Below are positions 9,291 through 17,961 of a stretch of DNA of 64,000 nucleotides, piece after piece. The DNA is from Gemmatimonadales bacterium (GTDB lineage Bacteria; Gemmatimonadota; Gemmatimonadetes; Gemmatimonadales; GWC2-71-9). The DNA lies in the NCBI GenBank assembly GCA_035601235.1, contig DATNOR010000160.1, positions 2,137 to 66,136 of the forward strand, written 5' to 3'. Below the pieces are notes generated by a model, which saw nothing but the letters and a program-made list of their open reading frames with translations, was not told where the DNA came from and searched no databases. Numbering within the stretch: position 1 is the first letter of the stretch; the number at the start of each line of letters is the position of its first letter. A program made the position numbers and the translations under genes.

Positions 9291-11815
9291 GGCCGCCCGG
9301 CGTACACGCCCCGCGCCTCCGCCAGCAGCCGCAGCACGTGCTCCCGCTCCGCTGCCGTGTTCCATCCCTGGTGCGCCTGCGCCGCTTCGTCCAACCGATC
9401 GATCCAGCGCGTGAAGAATTCCGCGTCCTCGGGCGATCGTACGGGCTGGTTCCCGACCGTCACGTACACCGGGCTCGTCGAGCCGAACGGATAGCGATCG
9501 AGCACGGGCAGCTCGGCCCGATCGGCGTAGGCGCGCAGCACGTACCATCCGCTGCCCGCGACCGGGAGCGGGACCGCGGCACTCGCCTGGGTGCGATCGC
9601 CCGTGAGGGGGATCGCAGCCACGACTCGACCGTTGCCGATGATCTCCAGGTGATCGACGGGGACGCTCGAGCGCAGCCGCACGCGCGCCGTGAGCGTCCC
9701 GCCGCCGCGCGGCAGCCGGATCTCGTCGCCGATCTGGCGGCCGTCGAGCGTGAACTCGAGCAGTGGCGCGTTGCTCACGAACGTGCGACCCGCCTTGAGC
9801 CCCGCGAGAAAGGCCCGGCGATCGAGCCTCGTGCCGGCCTGCACGAACACCCGCACCAGGCCGGGGGGCCCGCGCAGCGAAGCAAAGTTGGGGAAGGCAT
9901 CGGTTCCGGCCCCGGCGGGCAACCGAAAGCCGCAGTTCAGCAGGCGGTACCAGATCTCCGACGTGATGAGATGATCGGAGTACCCCATCACCTCGATGTA
10001 GTCGACCTTGCCGAGCGCCACGTCCACCGGGAGCTCGTAGGTGAGCGGGGCGGTCGTGTCGCCCGGATCGGGCTTCGCATCGAAGGGGTGGACATACCCG
10101 AACAGCGCTCCTTGCGCGTGCGCCAGATCCGCCACATCGGCGTTCGCCGGAAACAGGCTGGCGGCGGCGGTGTTGGGATAGCCCGCGTACTCGGGCAGGA
10201 GATAGTGGTCCGTCAGCCCGAGCAGCGCGGTATGGCCCCAATAGCTCGTGTGAAACTCCTGGCTGTGGAGCAGTAGAAAATTCCGGCTCGACGCGGGGTC
10301 CGGGTCGGTTCGGAAGTACGCGATGTCGGGGATGCGCTGCTCCTTGTTCACTACAAGATTCTCGACGACGTGCAGATCCTCAGCGCGGCCCTGGAACGCG
10401 AGATGCTCGGGCGTGTTGCGGTACGCCCCGCCATAGTTCATGTGCACGTGCAGATCCCCGCTCCACCAGCCCTGTGCCGGCAGATCCGCCACGCGATCGA
10501 GGACGATGCGCCGCACCGTCGTGCCGCCGGCCCGTACCGTCGCCTCGGCCCGCCCGACGCGGAATTCGGGCCCGTGCCACGCCGCGACGTGCGCCGGCCC
10601 CGCGGGCACCGTCAGCTCGGCCGGGCCGGACGTGTGGAAGTAGCCGTACTCGAAGCTGCCCTCGCCTCGGTCGAAGGCTTCATCGGCATGACGCCAGGCA
10701 TCGTCCGGGGCATACGCCCGCCCGTCGGGCCGCGTGACCGAGATGCGCGCCGGGAGCGGACGCCCGGCGTGATCGACCACCTCCAGGCGCAGCCGCCCAA
10801 CCGGCCCGTGGTAGCGGCGCCGGGTGGCGAGGATACGCTGCCGCCGTCCCCCCGGCACATCGATCACCCAGAGCGAGGTGTTGCCACCTTCGTTCGAGAC
10901 GTACGCGATCCGCCGGCCGTCGTGCGACCAGCGCGGCGCCGTAGCATCGAACTCCCCGTAGGTGAGCGGAAACGCATCGCCCCCCTCGCTGGTCATGAGC
11001 CACAGCTGATTCCACTGGCGGCCGAGGTAGGAGCTATAGACGACCCGGGTGCCGTCGGGGGACCAGTCGGGGTGAGCTTTCCACGTGGTCTCCTCGTAGC
11101 GGATTTCCCGCAGCGGCGCTCCAGGCGTCGCCGGCATGCGCCAGAACCCGCCGCTGCCGTGGACATGCCCGCGATTCGAGACGAGGACGAGCTCCTTCCC
11201 GTCGGGCGACCAGGTGGGCGAGAGGTAGTGGTCCCAGGTGCTGTAGTAGTAGCGGGGCAGCTTGCTGTCGTTGTCCTCGGTGAGCCGGGTCGACTCGCCC
11301 GGCGTGCCGCCGTCGACCGGCAGCGCGAAGATGTGCCACCGTCCGCTGTACGCGGTGGAGACGAAGGCGATGCGGCCCCCGTCGGGCGACCAGCGCGGCT
11401 CGACGTTCACCGCCCCGTTCGCGGTCACGGGTCGCACGGCGCCGGTCGCCAAATCGAGCAGCTGCAGCTCGATCGCGTCGTTGGCGTAGCGGGCGAACAC
11501 GACGAAGCGTCCGTCCGGGGACCAATCGGGCTGATAGTCGTACCCGGCGTCCCCCGTGACTTGGACGGCTACGCCCGAGCCGATCTGCTGGCGCCAGAGC
11601 GAGCCCTGCATGGAATAGATCAAGTCCCGGCCGTCGGGAGACCACGTGACCGCGCTGGGACCGCTCGTCACCTGCGGCACGTACATCTCGCGCCAGTAAT
11701 AGGGGTGCGGCACGGCCACCTGCTTCAGCACCGGCTCGCGCTGGGCGGCGGCGATTCCGGGAAGGAGCCCCACGCACGCGCTGAGCGTCAGCCACGGGAC
11801 TGGGCGCGGCGTCAT
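9287..11815 (-). CDS. Secreted TolB-like PD40 beta-propeller fused to a CehA/McbA-type PHP metallohydrolase domain
   Basis: I trimmed the start to the ATG at 11815 (ATGA overlap with the CoA-transferase B stop). It has the signal peptide MTPRPVPWLTLSACVGLLPGIAAAQ, repeated WSPDG PD40 motifs, and then a GDLHVHMNYGG PHP-like metal site. Confidence 0.75.
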   Translation of the reverse strand: MTPRPVPWLTLSACVGLLPGIAAAQREPVLKQVAVPHPYYWREMYVPQVTSGPSAVTWSPDGRDLIYSMQGSLWRQQIGSGVAVQVTGDAGYDYQPDWSPDGRFVVFARYANDAIELQLLDLATGAVRPVTANGAVNVEPRWSPDGGRIAFVSTAYSGRWHIFALPVDGGTPGESTRLTEDNDSKLPRYYYSTWDHYLSPTWSPDGKELVLVSNRGHVHGSGGFWRMPATPGAPLREIRYEETTWKAHPDWSPDGTRVVYSSYLGRQWNQLWLMTSEGGDAFPLTYGEFDATAPRWSHDGRRIAYVSNEGGNTSLWVIDVPGGRRQRILATRRRYHGPVGRLRLEVVDHAGRPLPARISVTRPDGRAYAPDDAWRHADEAFDRGEGSFEYGYFHTSGPAELTVPAGPAHVAAWHGPEFRVGRAEATVRAGGTTVRRIVLDRVADLPAQGWWSGDLHVHMNYGGAYRNTPEHLAFQGRAEDLHVVENLVVNKEQRIPDIAYFRTDPDPASSRNFLLLHSQEFHTSYWGHTALLGLTDHYLLPEYAGYPNTAAASLFPANADVADLAHAQGALFGYVHPFDAKPDPGDTTAPLTYELPVDVALGKVDYIEVMGYSDHLITSEIWYRLLNCGFRLPAGAGTDAFPNFASLRGPPGLVRVFVQAGTRLDRRAFLAGLKAGRTFVSNAPLLEFTLDGRQIGDEIRLPRGGGTLTARVRLRSSVPVDHLEIIGNGRVVAAIPLTGDRTQASAAVPLPVAGSGWYVLRAYADRAELPVLDRYPFGSTSPVYVTVGNQPVRSPEDAEFFTRWIDRLDEAAQAHQGWNTAAEREHVLRLLAEARGVYAGRP

Positions 11816-12555
11816 TGCTTCAGGAACAGGCGCTTCGGGTCGAGCACCTCCCGCAGCAGCCGCAGGTCTTGCGTCGTAGGAGGCGCGATGGAGGCGAGCG
11901 TCGACCGGCGGCGGATTGGCCACGCGACGCCGGCCTGCACGTCGGCCACGCTCACGCCGGGGTACAGCGCCGCCAGCACCATCTCCCCCGTCGCCTCGTC
12001 CGGCTCGAGAATGGCCTTGTCCGTGATGACCTTCACCGGTCCCGCGCCGGGCATCCGCAGCTCGCGCCGTGTCCGGCCCGCGGGCCTCTGTCCAGGGCTC
12101 GTCACGAAGTCCACCCGCTCGGGAAAGGCGCGCGGTCCGAGCTTCGCCACGATCAGCGTGCGCCGCGCGTGGATCGCGATCTCCGCGGCTCCACCCGAGC
12201 CAGGCAGCCGGACCTTGGGATGACTGTACGGCCCGATCACCGTGGTGTTGATATTGCCGAAGCGATCCACCTGGGCACCACCCAGGAATCCGACCTCGAT
12301 GCGTCCGTTTTGCAGCATGCACTGGAATACGTCGGCCATCCCGCACACCATGAGTGATCCGGTGACGAGCGCCGGGTCGCCGATGGAGACGGGGAGGCGC
12401 TCCGGGACGGCCCCCACGGCCCCCGACTCGTAGATCAGCACGAGGCGCGGGGCGTGCGTCGCGCGCGCCAGGTTGCAGGCCAGGTTGGGGAGCCCGATGC
12501 CGACGAACACGACCTCGCCGTCCGCGAGCTCGCGCGCGGCCACGGCGGCCATCAT
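11812..12555 (-). CDS. Family-I CoA-transferase subunit B (glutaconate CoA-transferase beta-like)
   Basis: 247 aa with VFVGIGLPNLACNLA and ESGAVG (catalytic Glu region), typical of the beta subunit. Confidence 0.85.
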   Translation of the reverse strand: MMAAVAARELADGEVVFVGIGLPNLACNLARATHAPRLVLIYESGAVGAVPERLPVSIGDPALVTGSLMVCGMADVFQCMLQNGRIEVGFLGGAQVDRFGNINTTVIGPYSHPKVRLPGSGGAAEIAIHARRTLIVAKLGPRAFPERVDFVTSPGQRPAGRTRRELRMPGAGPVKVITDKAILEPDEATGEMVLAALYPGVSVADVQAGVAWPIRRRSTLASIAPPTTQDLRLLREVLDPKRLFLKQ

Positions 12556-12574
12556 CTCGTCGGGCGTGTACCCA

Positions 12575-13495
12575 TCAGTACCCGTAGTTCACCCCGGCGC
12601 ACATGCGTTCTTTCGCCTTGAGCCTCGCGACTTGCGGCTGTTTTTCGAGGTACGCCGCGCGGTCCGGCACGCCGTAGACGAACTCGTCCAGGTAGCGCGC
12701 CAGCCGATCGGGCGAGCGGGAGACGTCCTCCCAAGCGACGTAGAAGTCGTTATCGCGGTCGTAGTAGCCTTGGGCGTACGAGGGGTGGGCACCCCATGGC
12801 TCGACCACCACCGCGTCCACGATCATGCCGGGAATCACGGTCCGATTCGGATCGGATCGGATCACCCGCTCGTCCACCAGCTCCTCCACCACCACGATGA
12901 CGCGCTGCGAGGCGAACGCGGCCTCGCGTTGTACGCCGAGCAGGCCCCAGATCTGGGTGTTGCCGTCGGCGTCGGCGCGCTGCGCGTGGACGATCGTCAC
13001 GTCGGGGTTCAGTGCCGGCACGGTGGCGAGATCCTCCCCGGTGTAGGGACACGTCACGCTGTTGATGCGCGGGTTGACCCCCGGCAAGTCGGTGCCCGTG
13101 TAGTCGCGCAATGGCCAGAAGGGGAGCCGCGCGGCGCCCGCGGCAAAGCGCGCGACCATCCCGAAATGTGAGTATTCCTCGATTTCGAATCCGGAGTCCC
13201 GAGTCCCGACACCCTCCACGGCGCGCCGGAACGCATGCAGCGAGCCCACGCCGGGATTCCCGGCCCACGAAAACACCAGCTTGCGGGCGCATCCCGCGCC
13301 GATCATCTGATCGTAGATCAGGTCCGGGGTGAGGCGCGCCAGCGTGAGGTCGCGCCGCCGCTGGCGGATGATCTCGTGGCCCGCGGCGAAGCAGATGAGG
13401 TGGGTGAACCCCTCGATGACAACGGTGTCGCCGTCGTGGACAAAGCGCGCGACCGCGTCGCGCATGGGCATGACTTTGGAGGCGTGATCGCTCAC
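12575..13495 (-). CDS. Family-I CoA-transferase subunit A (glutaconate CoA-transferase alpha-like)
   Basis: The N-terminus SKVMPMRDAVARFVHDGDTVVIEGF is typical of GctA-like alpha subunits. I chose the start at GTG 13495, 2 nt after the upstream stop. ATG 13522 (25-nt overlap) is an alternative. Confidence 0.8.
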   Translation of the reverse strand: MSDHASKVMPMRDAVARFVHDGDTVVIEGFTHLICFAAGHEIIRQRRRDLTLARLTPDLIYDQMIGAGCARKLVFSWAGNPGVGSLHAFRRAVEGVGTRDSGFEIEEYSHFGMVARFAAGAARLPFWPLRDYTGTDLPGVNPRINSVTCPYTGEDLATVPALNPDVTIVHAQRADADGNTQIWGLLGVQREAAFASQRVIVVVEELVDERVIRSDPNRTVIPGMIVDAVVVEPWGAHPSYAQGYYDRDNDFYVAWEDVSRSPDRLARYLDEFVYGVPDRAAYLEKQPQVARLKAKERMCAGVNYGY

Positions 13496-13497
13496 GC

Positions 13498-14826
13498 CTA
13501 ATCCGTCATCTCGCCCAGGCATTCATCGATGATCCGGAGCGCCGTGTCGACGTCGGCCTCGTCCACTACGAGCGGCGGGGCCAGCCGCAGCGCGCTCTTC
13601 CCCGCCCCGAGCAGCAGCAGACCCTTGCGGAACGCCCGCTCGACCAGCGCGTGCGGCACGTCGGGGGCGGGCTCGCGCGTGACACGGTCTTTCACGAACT
13701 CGACACCGATCATGAGGCCGCGTCCGCGCACGTCGCCGATCGAGCCATACTTCTCCTGCAGCCGCGTGGCCCCGGCGAGCAACCGCTCGCCGAGCCGCGG
13801 CACCCGTGGGAGGAGGTCGTGCTCGACGACGTCGAGCGTCGCCAGCGCCGCCGCGCAGCACACCGGATTGCCGCCGAAGGTGCTGCCGTGCGCGCCGGGC
13901 TGCCATTTCATGATCGACTCTTTGGCGATGATCGCACCGATCGGCATGCCGCTGCCCAGGCCCTTGGCGCTGAGCAGGATGTCGGGCTCGATCCCCTCGT
14001 GCTCCGACGCCCACATCTTCCCGGTGCGTCCCACGCCGCACTGCACCTCGTCGCACACCAGCACGATGCCGTGCCGGTCGCACAGCTCGCGCAGCGCCTT
14101 CACATAACCGGACGGCGGCACGACGTAGCCACCTTCCCCCTGGATCGGCTCCACGAAAATGGCGGCCGTGCTCTTCGGGTCGAGCCGCTTGGCGAACAGG
14201 TCGTCCTCGATGAACGACACGCAGCGCATCGTACAGGCGGTCTCGCCGCGGCAGAAGTCGCAGCGGTAGCGGTAGCCGTAGGGGACGTGGTACACCTCGG
14301 GCAGAAACGGCGCGAACCCGGCGCGCTGTATCGACTTGCTTGCCGTGAGACTCAAGCCACCGTAGCTGCGGCCGTGAAACGCTCCAGTGAAGGCGACGAT
14401 CGCCGGCCGGCCGTTCGAGTGTCGCGCCAGCTTGATGGCCCCTTCCACGGCTTCCGTCCCGGAGTTCGACAGAAATACCCGCTTCTTGCTGGGTCCCGGC
14501 GCGAGACGCGCCAGCCGCTCGCACAGCGCCGCAAAGCTCTCGAAGTAGAAATCGCTGCCGCAGATATGAAGGAAGCGCGCCGCCGCCTCCTGGATCGCCT
14601 GCACCACCTTGGGATGGCCGTACCCGGTCGACGCCACCGCGATGCCCGCCATGAAGTCGAGGTAGCGGTTCCCGTCCACGTCTTCGACCATGGCCCCCGC
14701 GCCCCGGGCGATCGCCAGCGGGTATTCCTTGGGATAGGACGTCGAGGACCAGCGATTCTGTCGCTCGACGATCGCCCGCGCCTTGGGGCCGGGCGGCGCT
14801 ACCACGATGCGCGGGTAGTCCTTCAT
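13498..14826 (-). CDS. Class-III PLP aminotransferase (4-aminobutyrate/omega-amino acid aminotransferase-like)
   Basis: I trimmed the start to ATG 14826 (ATGA overlap with the ALDH stop). The N-terminus MKDYPRIVVAPPGPKA, the DEVQCGVGRTGKMWA motif and the SAKGLG Lys region fit this class. Confidence 0.85.
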   Translation of the reverse strand: MKDYPRIVVAPPGPKARAIVERQNRWSSTSYPKEYPLAIARGAGAMVEDVDGNRYLDFMAGIAVASTGYGHPKVVQAIQEAAARFLHICGSDFYFESFAALCERLARLAPGPSKKRVFLSNSGTEAVEGAIKLARHSNGRPAIVAFTGAFHGRSYGGLSLTASKSIQRAGFAPFLPEVYHVPYGYRYRCDFCRGETACTMRCVSFIEDDLFAKRLDPKSTAAIFVEPIQGEGGYVVPPSGYVKALRELCDRHGIVLVCDEVQCGVGRTGKMWASEHEGIEPDILLSAKGLGSGMPIGAIIAKESIMKWQPGAHGSTFGGNPVCCAAALATLDVVEHDLLPRVPRLGERLLAGATRLQEKYGSIGDVRGRGLMIGVEFVKDRVTREPAPDVPHALVERAFRKGLLLLGAGKSALRLAPPLVVDEADVDTALRIIDECLGEMTD

Positions 14827-16409
14827 CGCGACTCCTCGATCACCGTCCGGCTCTGTTCGCGCAGGAATTGCGCGACGTAGTACGGCCCGCACCCGCCCTT
14901 TCCGGTCGAGCCCGATCCCTTCCACCCGCAGAACGGCTGCGCCCCGGGCCAGGCGCCGGTCGTGGCGCCGGTGCGTTTGTTCACGTAACACACACCCGCG
15001 TCGATCTCATCGAAGAAGCGCTCGATCTCCTCGGGCTTCCTCGAGAAGATGCCGGCGGTGAGGCCGTACTCGACCTTGTTCACTTCGACGATAGCCTCCT
15101 CCAGCCCCGACACCGCGCCCACGGCCAGGATCGGCACGAACAGCTCCTCCCGGAAGAGCGACGAGGAGAGGGGCAGCTCGGCGATCGTGGGGGCGACGTA
15201 GTGCCCGTGGTCGAAGGGCTCACCGCCGAGCTGCTGGCCGCCCAGCACGATCTTCCCCTCGCGGCGCGCCCGCGCCGCCGCTCGCCGGAACCGCTCCACC
15301 GCCGCCGCGTTGATCACCGGCCCGAACACGACATCGCGCTCCGTCGGGTCCCCCAGCTTCAAGGCCTTGGTGCGCTCGACCAGCTTCTCCACGAACGGCT
15401 GGGCCACGCGCTGGTGCACGTAGACGCGAGACGTCGCACTGCACTTCTGGTTCTGGAGGCCGAAGGCCGACCGCGTCACCCCTTCCGCCGCCGCGTCCAG
15501 GTCCGCCGAGTCGAGCACGATCGCCGCGTTCTTGCCGCCCATCTCGAGGAGGCAGGGCTTGATCCAGTCGCGCGAGAGGCCCTGGAAGATGTGCATGCCC
15601 ACGGCCTTCGAGCCCGTGAAGACGACGCCGTCCACACCGGAGTGACGCCACAACGCTTCGCCCGCGACCTCGCCCGATCCGGGGAGATAGTTGAATACGC
15701 CCGGGGGCAACCCCGCGTCACGGTACACTTCATACAGCTTGAGCCCCGTCCACGGCGCTTCCTCCGCGGGCTTGTAGACGACCGCATTTCCCGCGACCAG
15801 CGCCGCCGCGGACATGCCGGTCGAGAGCGCGAGCGGGAAGTTGAACGGCGCGATGCAGGCGAACACGCCGTAGGGCCGGAGCACGTCGGTGTTGCGCTCC
15901 GCCGGCGTGACTTTGGCCATCTGACGGATGAAACCGTTGGCGTCTTCGACCTGCTGGCAATAGTAGTCGAGCAGGTCGGCCGCCTCTTCCGCGTCCCCCA
16001 TCGCTTCGAGCCGGCTCTTGCCCACCTCGAGGCTCATGATCGCAGCGAGCTCGAATTTGCGCTCGCGGATCAGGCCGGCAGCGCCGCGTAGCGTCGCGAC
16101 GCGCACGCGCCACGGAAGGTGGGCCCACGCCTTCTGCGCCGCCTTGGCGGCCGCCACGGCGCGGTCGACGTGCTGCACGCTGGCGGTGGCGAAGCGCCCC
16201 AGGACGATCTCCGTATCGATGGGCGAGGTATCGACGATCGGGGCTGCGGACGAGGTGATCGGCTCCCCTCCGATGTAGAGCGTATAGTCGCGGCCCAGCT
16301 GGCCGCGCACCACGCCCAGGGCCGCGTCGAACTGGCGGTGGAACGCCTCCCAGTCCACGTTGGCCGACGTGTAGGTGACCTTGGACGGTGGCGCGGCGGT
16401 GGTCGTCAT
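14823..16409 (-). CDS. NAD-dependent aldehyde dehydrogenase (L-glutamate gamma-semialdehyde / P5C dehydrogenase-like)
   Basis: 528 aa with the ALDH motifs LEMGGKNAAIV and FGLQNQKCSATSR (catalytic Cys). The length and motifs resemble the PruA/RocA class. Confidence 0.8.
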   Translation of the reverse strand: MTTTAAPPSKVTYTSANVDWEAFHRQFDAALGVVRGQLGRDYTLYIGGEPITSSAAPIVDTSPIDTEIVLGRFATASVQHVDRAVAAAKAAQKAWAHLPWRVRVATLRGAAGLIRERKFELAAIMSLEVGKSRLEAMGDAEEAADLLDYYCQQVEDANGFIRQMAKVTPAERNTDVLRPYGVFACIAPFNFPLALSTGMSAAALVAGNAVVYKPAEEAPWTGLKLYEVYRDAGLPPGVFNYLPGSGEVAGEALWRHSGVDGVVFTGSKAVGMHIFQGLSRDWIKPCLLEMGGKNAAIVLDSADLDAAAEGVTRSAFGLQNQKCSATSRVYVHQRVAQPFVEKLVERTKALKLGDPTERDVVFGPVINAAAVERFRRAAARARREGKIVLGGQQLGGEPFDHGHYVAPTIAELPLSSSLFREELFVPILAVGAVSGLEEAIVEVNKVEYGLTAGIFSRKPEEIERFFDEIDAGVCYVNKRTGATTGAWPGAQPFCGWKGSGSTGKGGCGPYYVAQFLREQSRTVIEESR

Positions 16410-16413
16410 GCCG

Positions 16414-17772
16414 TCAGCGCGCTCCCGCCTTGACGGCCGACACGGCCGCCGCGTGAGCCGTGGTGAAGCGCGTCACGATCTGGTCGATCTCCTGCTCCGT
16501 GATAATGAATGGTGGCGCCACGACGACCAGGTCACCGTTGACGCCGTCGGCGTGCCCCACGTTGGGCCAGACCACGAGCCCGGCCTCCAGCGCGGCCTCG
16601 GTGAACGCCTCGGCGAACCTGGCCGCTCGTGGGAACGGGGCCCGGCTGGTCTTATCCTCCACGAACTCGATGCCCGCAAGCAGGCCCCGCCCCCGGACGT
16701 CCCCCACGTGGGGTAGCCGCGTCAGCGCCGCGAGCCGCTCGTGCAGCACCCGCCCCAGCCTGGCACAGCGCTCCACCAGCCGATCGCGCTTGAGCAGGCG
16801 GACGGCGGCGAGCCCGGCCGCGCATGCCACGGGGTGAAACGAGAAGGTCTGGGCATGCAGGAAGCTCCCCGAGCCCTGCGCGATGACGTCGACGATCCGC
16901 TCGGGCGCGGCGACGGCCGACAGCGGGGCGTAGCCGCCGGAGATCCCCTTCCCCATCGTCATGATGTCGGGCGTCGCACCGTATTGATCGACCGCCCACC
17001 AGGTGCCCGTGCGACCGGCTCCGCACAGGATCTCGTCGGCCACGAACAGCACCTGATAGCGGTCGCAGATCTCCCGGATCATGCGGAAGTACTCCGGGCG
17101 CGGCGTGGACGCCCCCGTTGAGGAGCCGCCCACCGGCTCCGCGATGAACGCGGCCACCGTGTCGGCCCCCGCCCGCCGGATCGCGGCCTCGAGGGCGGTG
17201 CCGCTGCAGGTCGGGCAGGCCGCGTCCGCGCCGCGACAATCGCAGCGGTACGCGTAAGGGGCGGGAATGCGCGTGACGTCCACCAGCCACTCGCGGAACG
17301 GCAGCTTGTACTGCTCGCGCGCCGATGCCGAGAGCGCCAGCAGGGTGTTGCCGTGATAGGAGGGCGCGAGGGCGATGATGCGGTGCTTCCCGGGCTTGCC
17401 GGCCTCGACCCAGTATTGCCGGGCGAGCTTGAGCGCGGCCTCCACGGCCTCCGATCCGCTGGAGAGGAAATACAGCTTGTCGAGATCGCCCGGCAGGGTC
17501 GCCGCCAGCTCGCGGGCGAGCTCTTCCACCGGGCCGTGGGTGAACGCCGTCGCCGAGAGATAACCGAACTCGCGTGCCTGCCGCGCCAGGGCGTCGGCCA
17601 GCTCGGGGTTCGAATGGCCGAGGTTCGCGACGTACGCGCCGCCGACCGCGTCCAGGTAGTCTTTGCCCTGCTCGTCGTACAACCAGCAGCCCTCGCCGCG
17701 CACGATACGCGGGTAGCTGCGGCCGAGCTTCCGGTAGAAGACGTTGCTGTCGGGATAACGGTACGCCGTCAC
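16414..17772 (-). CDS. Class-III PLP aminotransferase (omega-aminotransferase-like)
   Basis: 452 aa with a GTG start preceded by GGGGGAGGA. Motifs include FVADEILCGAGRTGTWWA and TMGKGISGGYAPLSAV. Confidence 0.85.
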   Translation of the reverse strand: MTAYRYPDSNVFYRKLGRSYPRIVRGEGCWLYDEQGKDYLDAVGGAYVANLGHSNPELADALARQAREFGYLSATAFTHGPVEELARELAATLPGDLDKLYFLSSGSEAVEAALKLARQYWVEAGKPGKHRIIALAPSYHGNTLLALSASAREQYKLPFREWLVDVTRIPAPYAYRCDCRGADAACPTCSGTALEAAIRRAGADTVAAFIAEPVGGSSTGASTPRPEYFRMIREICDRYQVLFVADEILCGAGRTGTWWAVDQYGATPDIMTMGKGISGGYAPLSAVAAPERIVDVIAQGSGSFLHAQTFSFHPVACAAGLAAVRLLKRDRLVERCARLGRVLHERLAALTRLPHVGDVRGRGLLAGIEFVEDKTSRAPFPRAARFAEAFTEAALEAGLVVWPNVGHADGVNGDLVVVAPPFIITEQEIDQIVTRFTTAHAAAVSAVKAGAR

Positions 17773-17961
17773 TCCTCCCCCTGTCTTCCTTCAGGCCATA
17801 TGGAACCGCGGAAAGCTACGATGCGGGGCGGCGCCCGGCGAGCGAGCGCCATGCAGGGGATGCCGTAGGGGCGCAGCATGCTGGGCCCCTACACTACATC
17901 TCGCAACCATCCTGACATCGCCGTAGCTTGTTTCGAACCTACCACACCGCTGAGACCCTGT

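Noticed and set aside
11816-12346. Long N-terminal extensions offered by the ORF track. Examples are 9287..12346, 13498..14991, 21029..22606, 38986..41538, 49989..52163, 53787..55796, 55778..57844, 59265..60767 and 60527..61786.
   Set aside because: The extensions overlap the preceding well-supported gene in another frame and have junk-like composition. In each case an internal ATG or GTG forms a 4-nt ATGA/GTGA overlap, or yields a proper signal peptide or the conserved family N-terminus. Features were trimmed accordingly.
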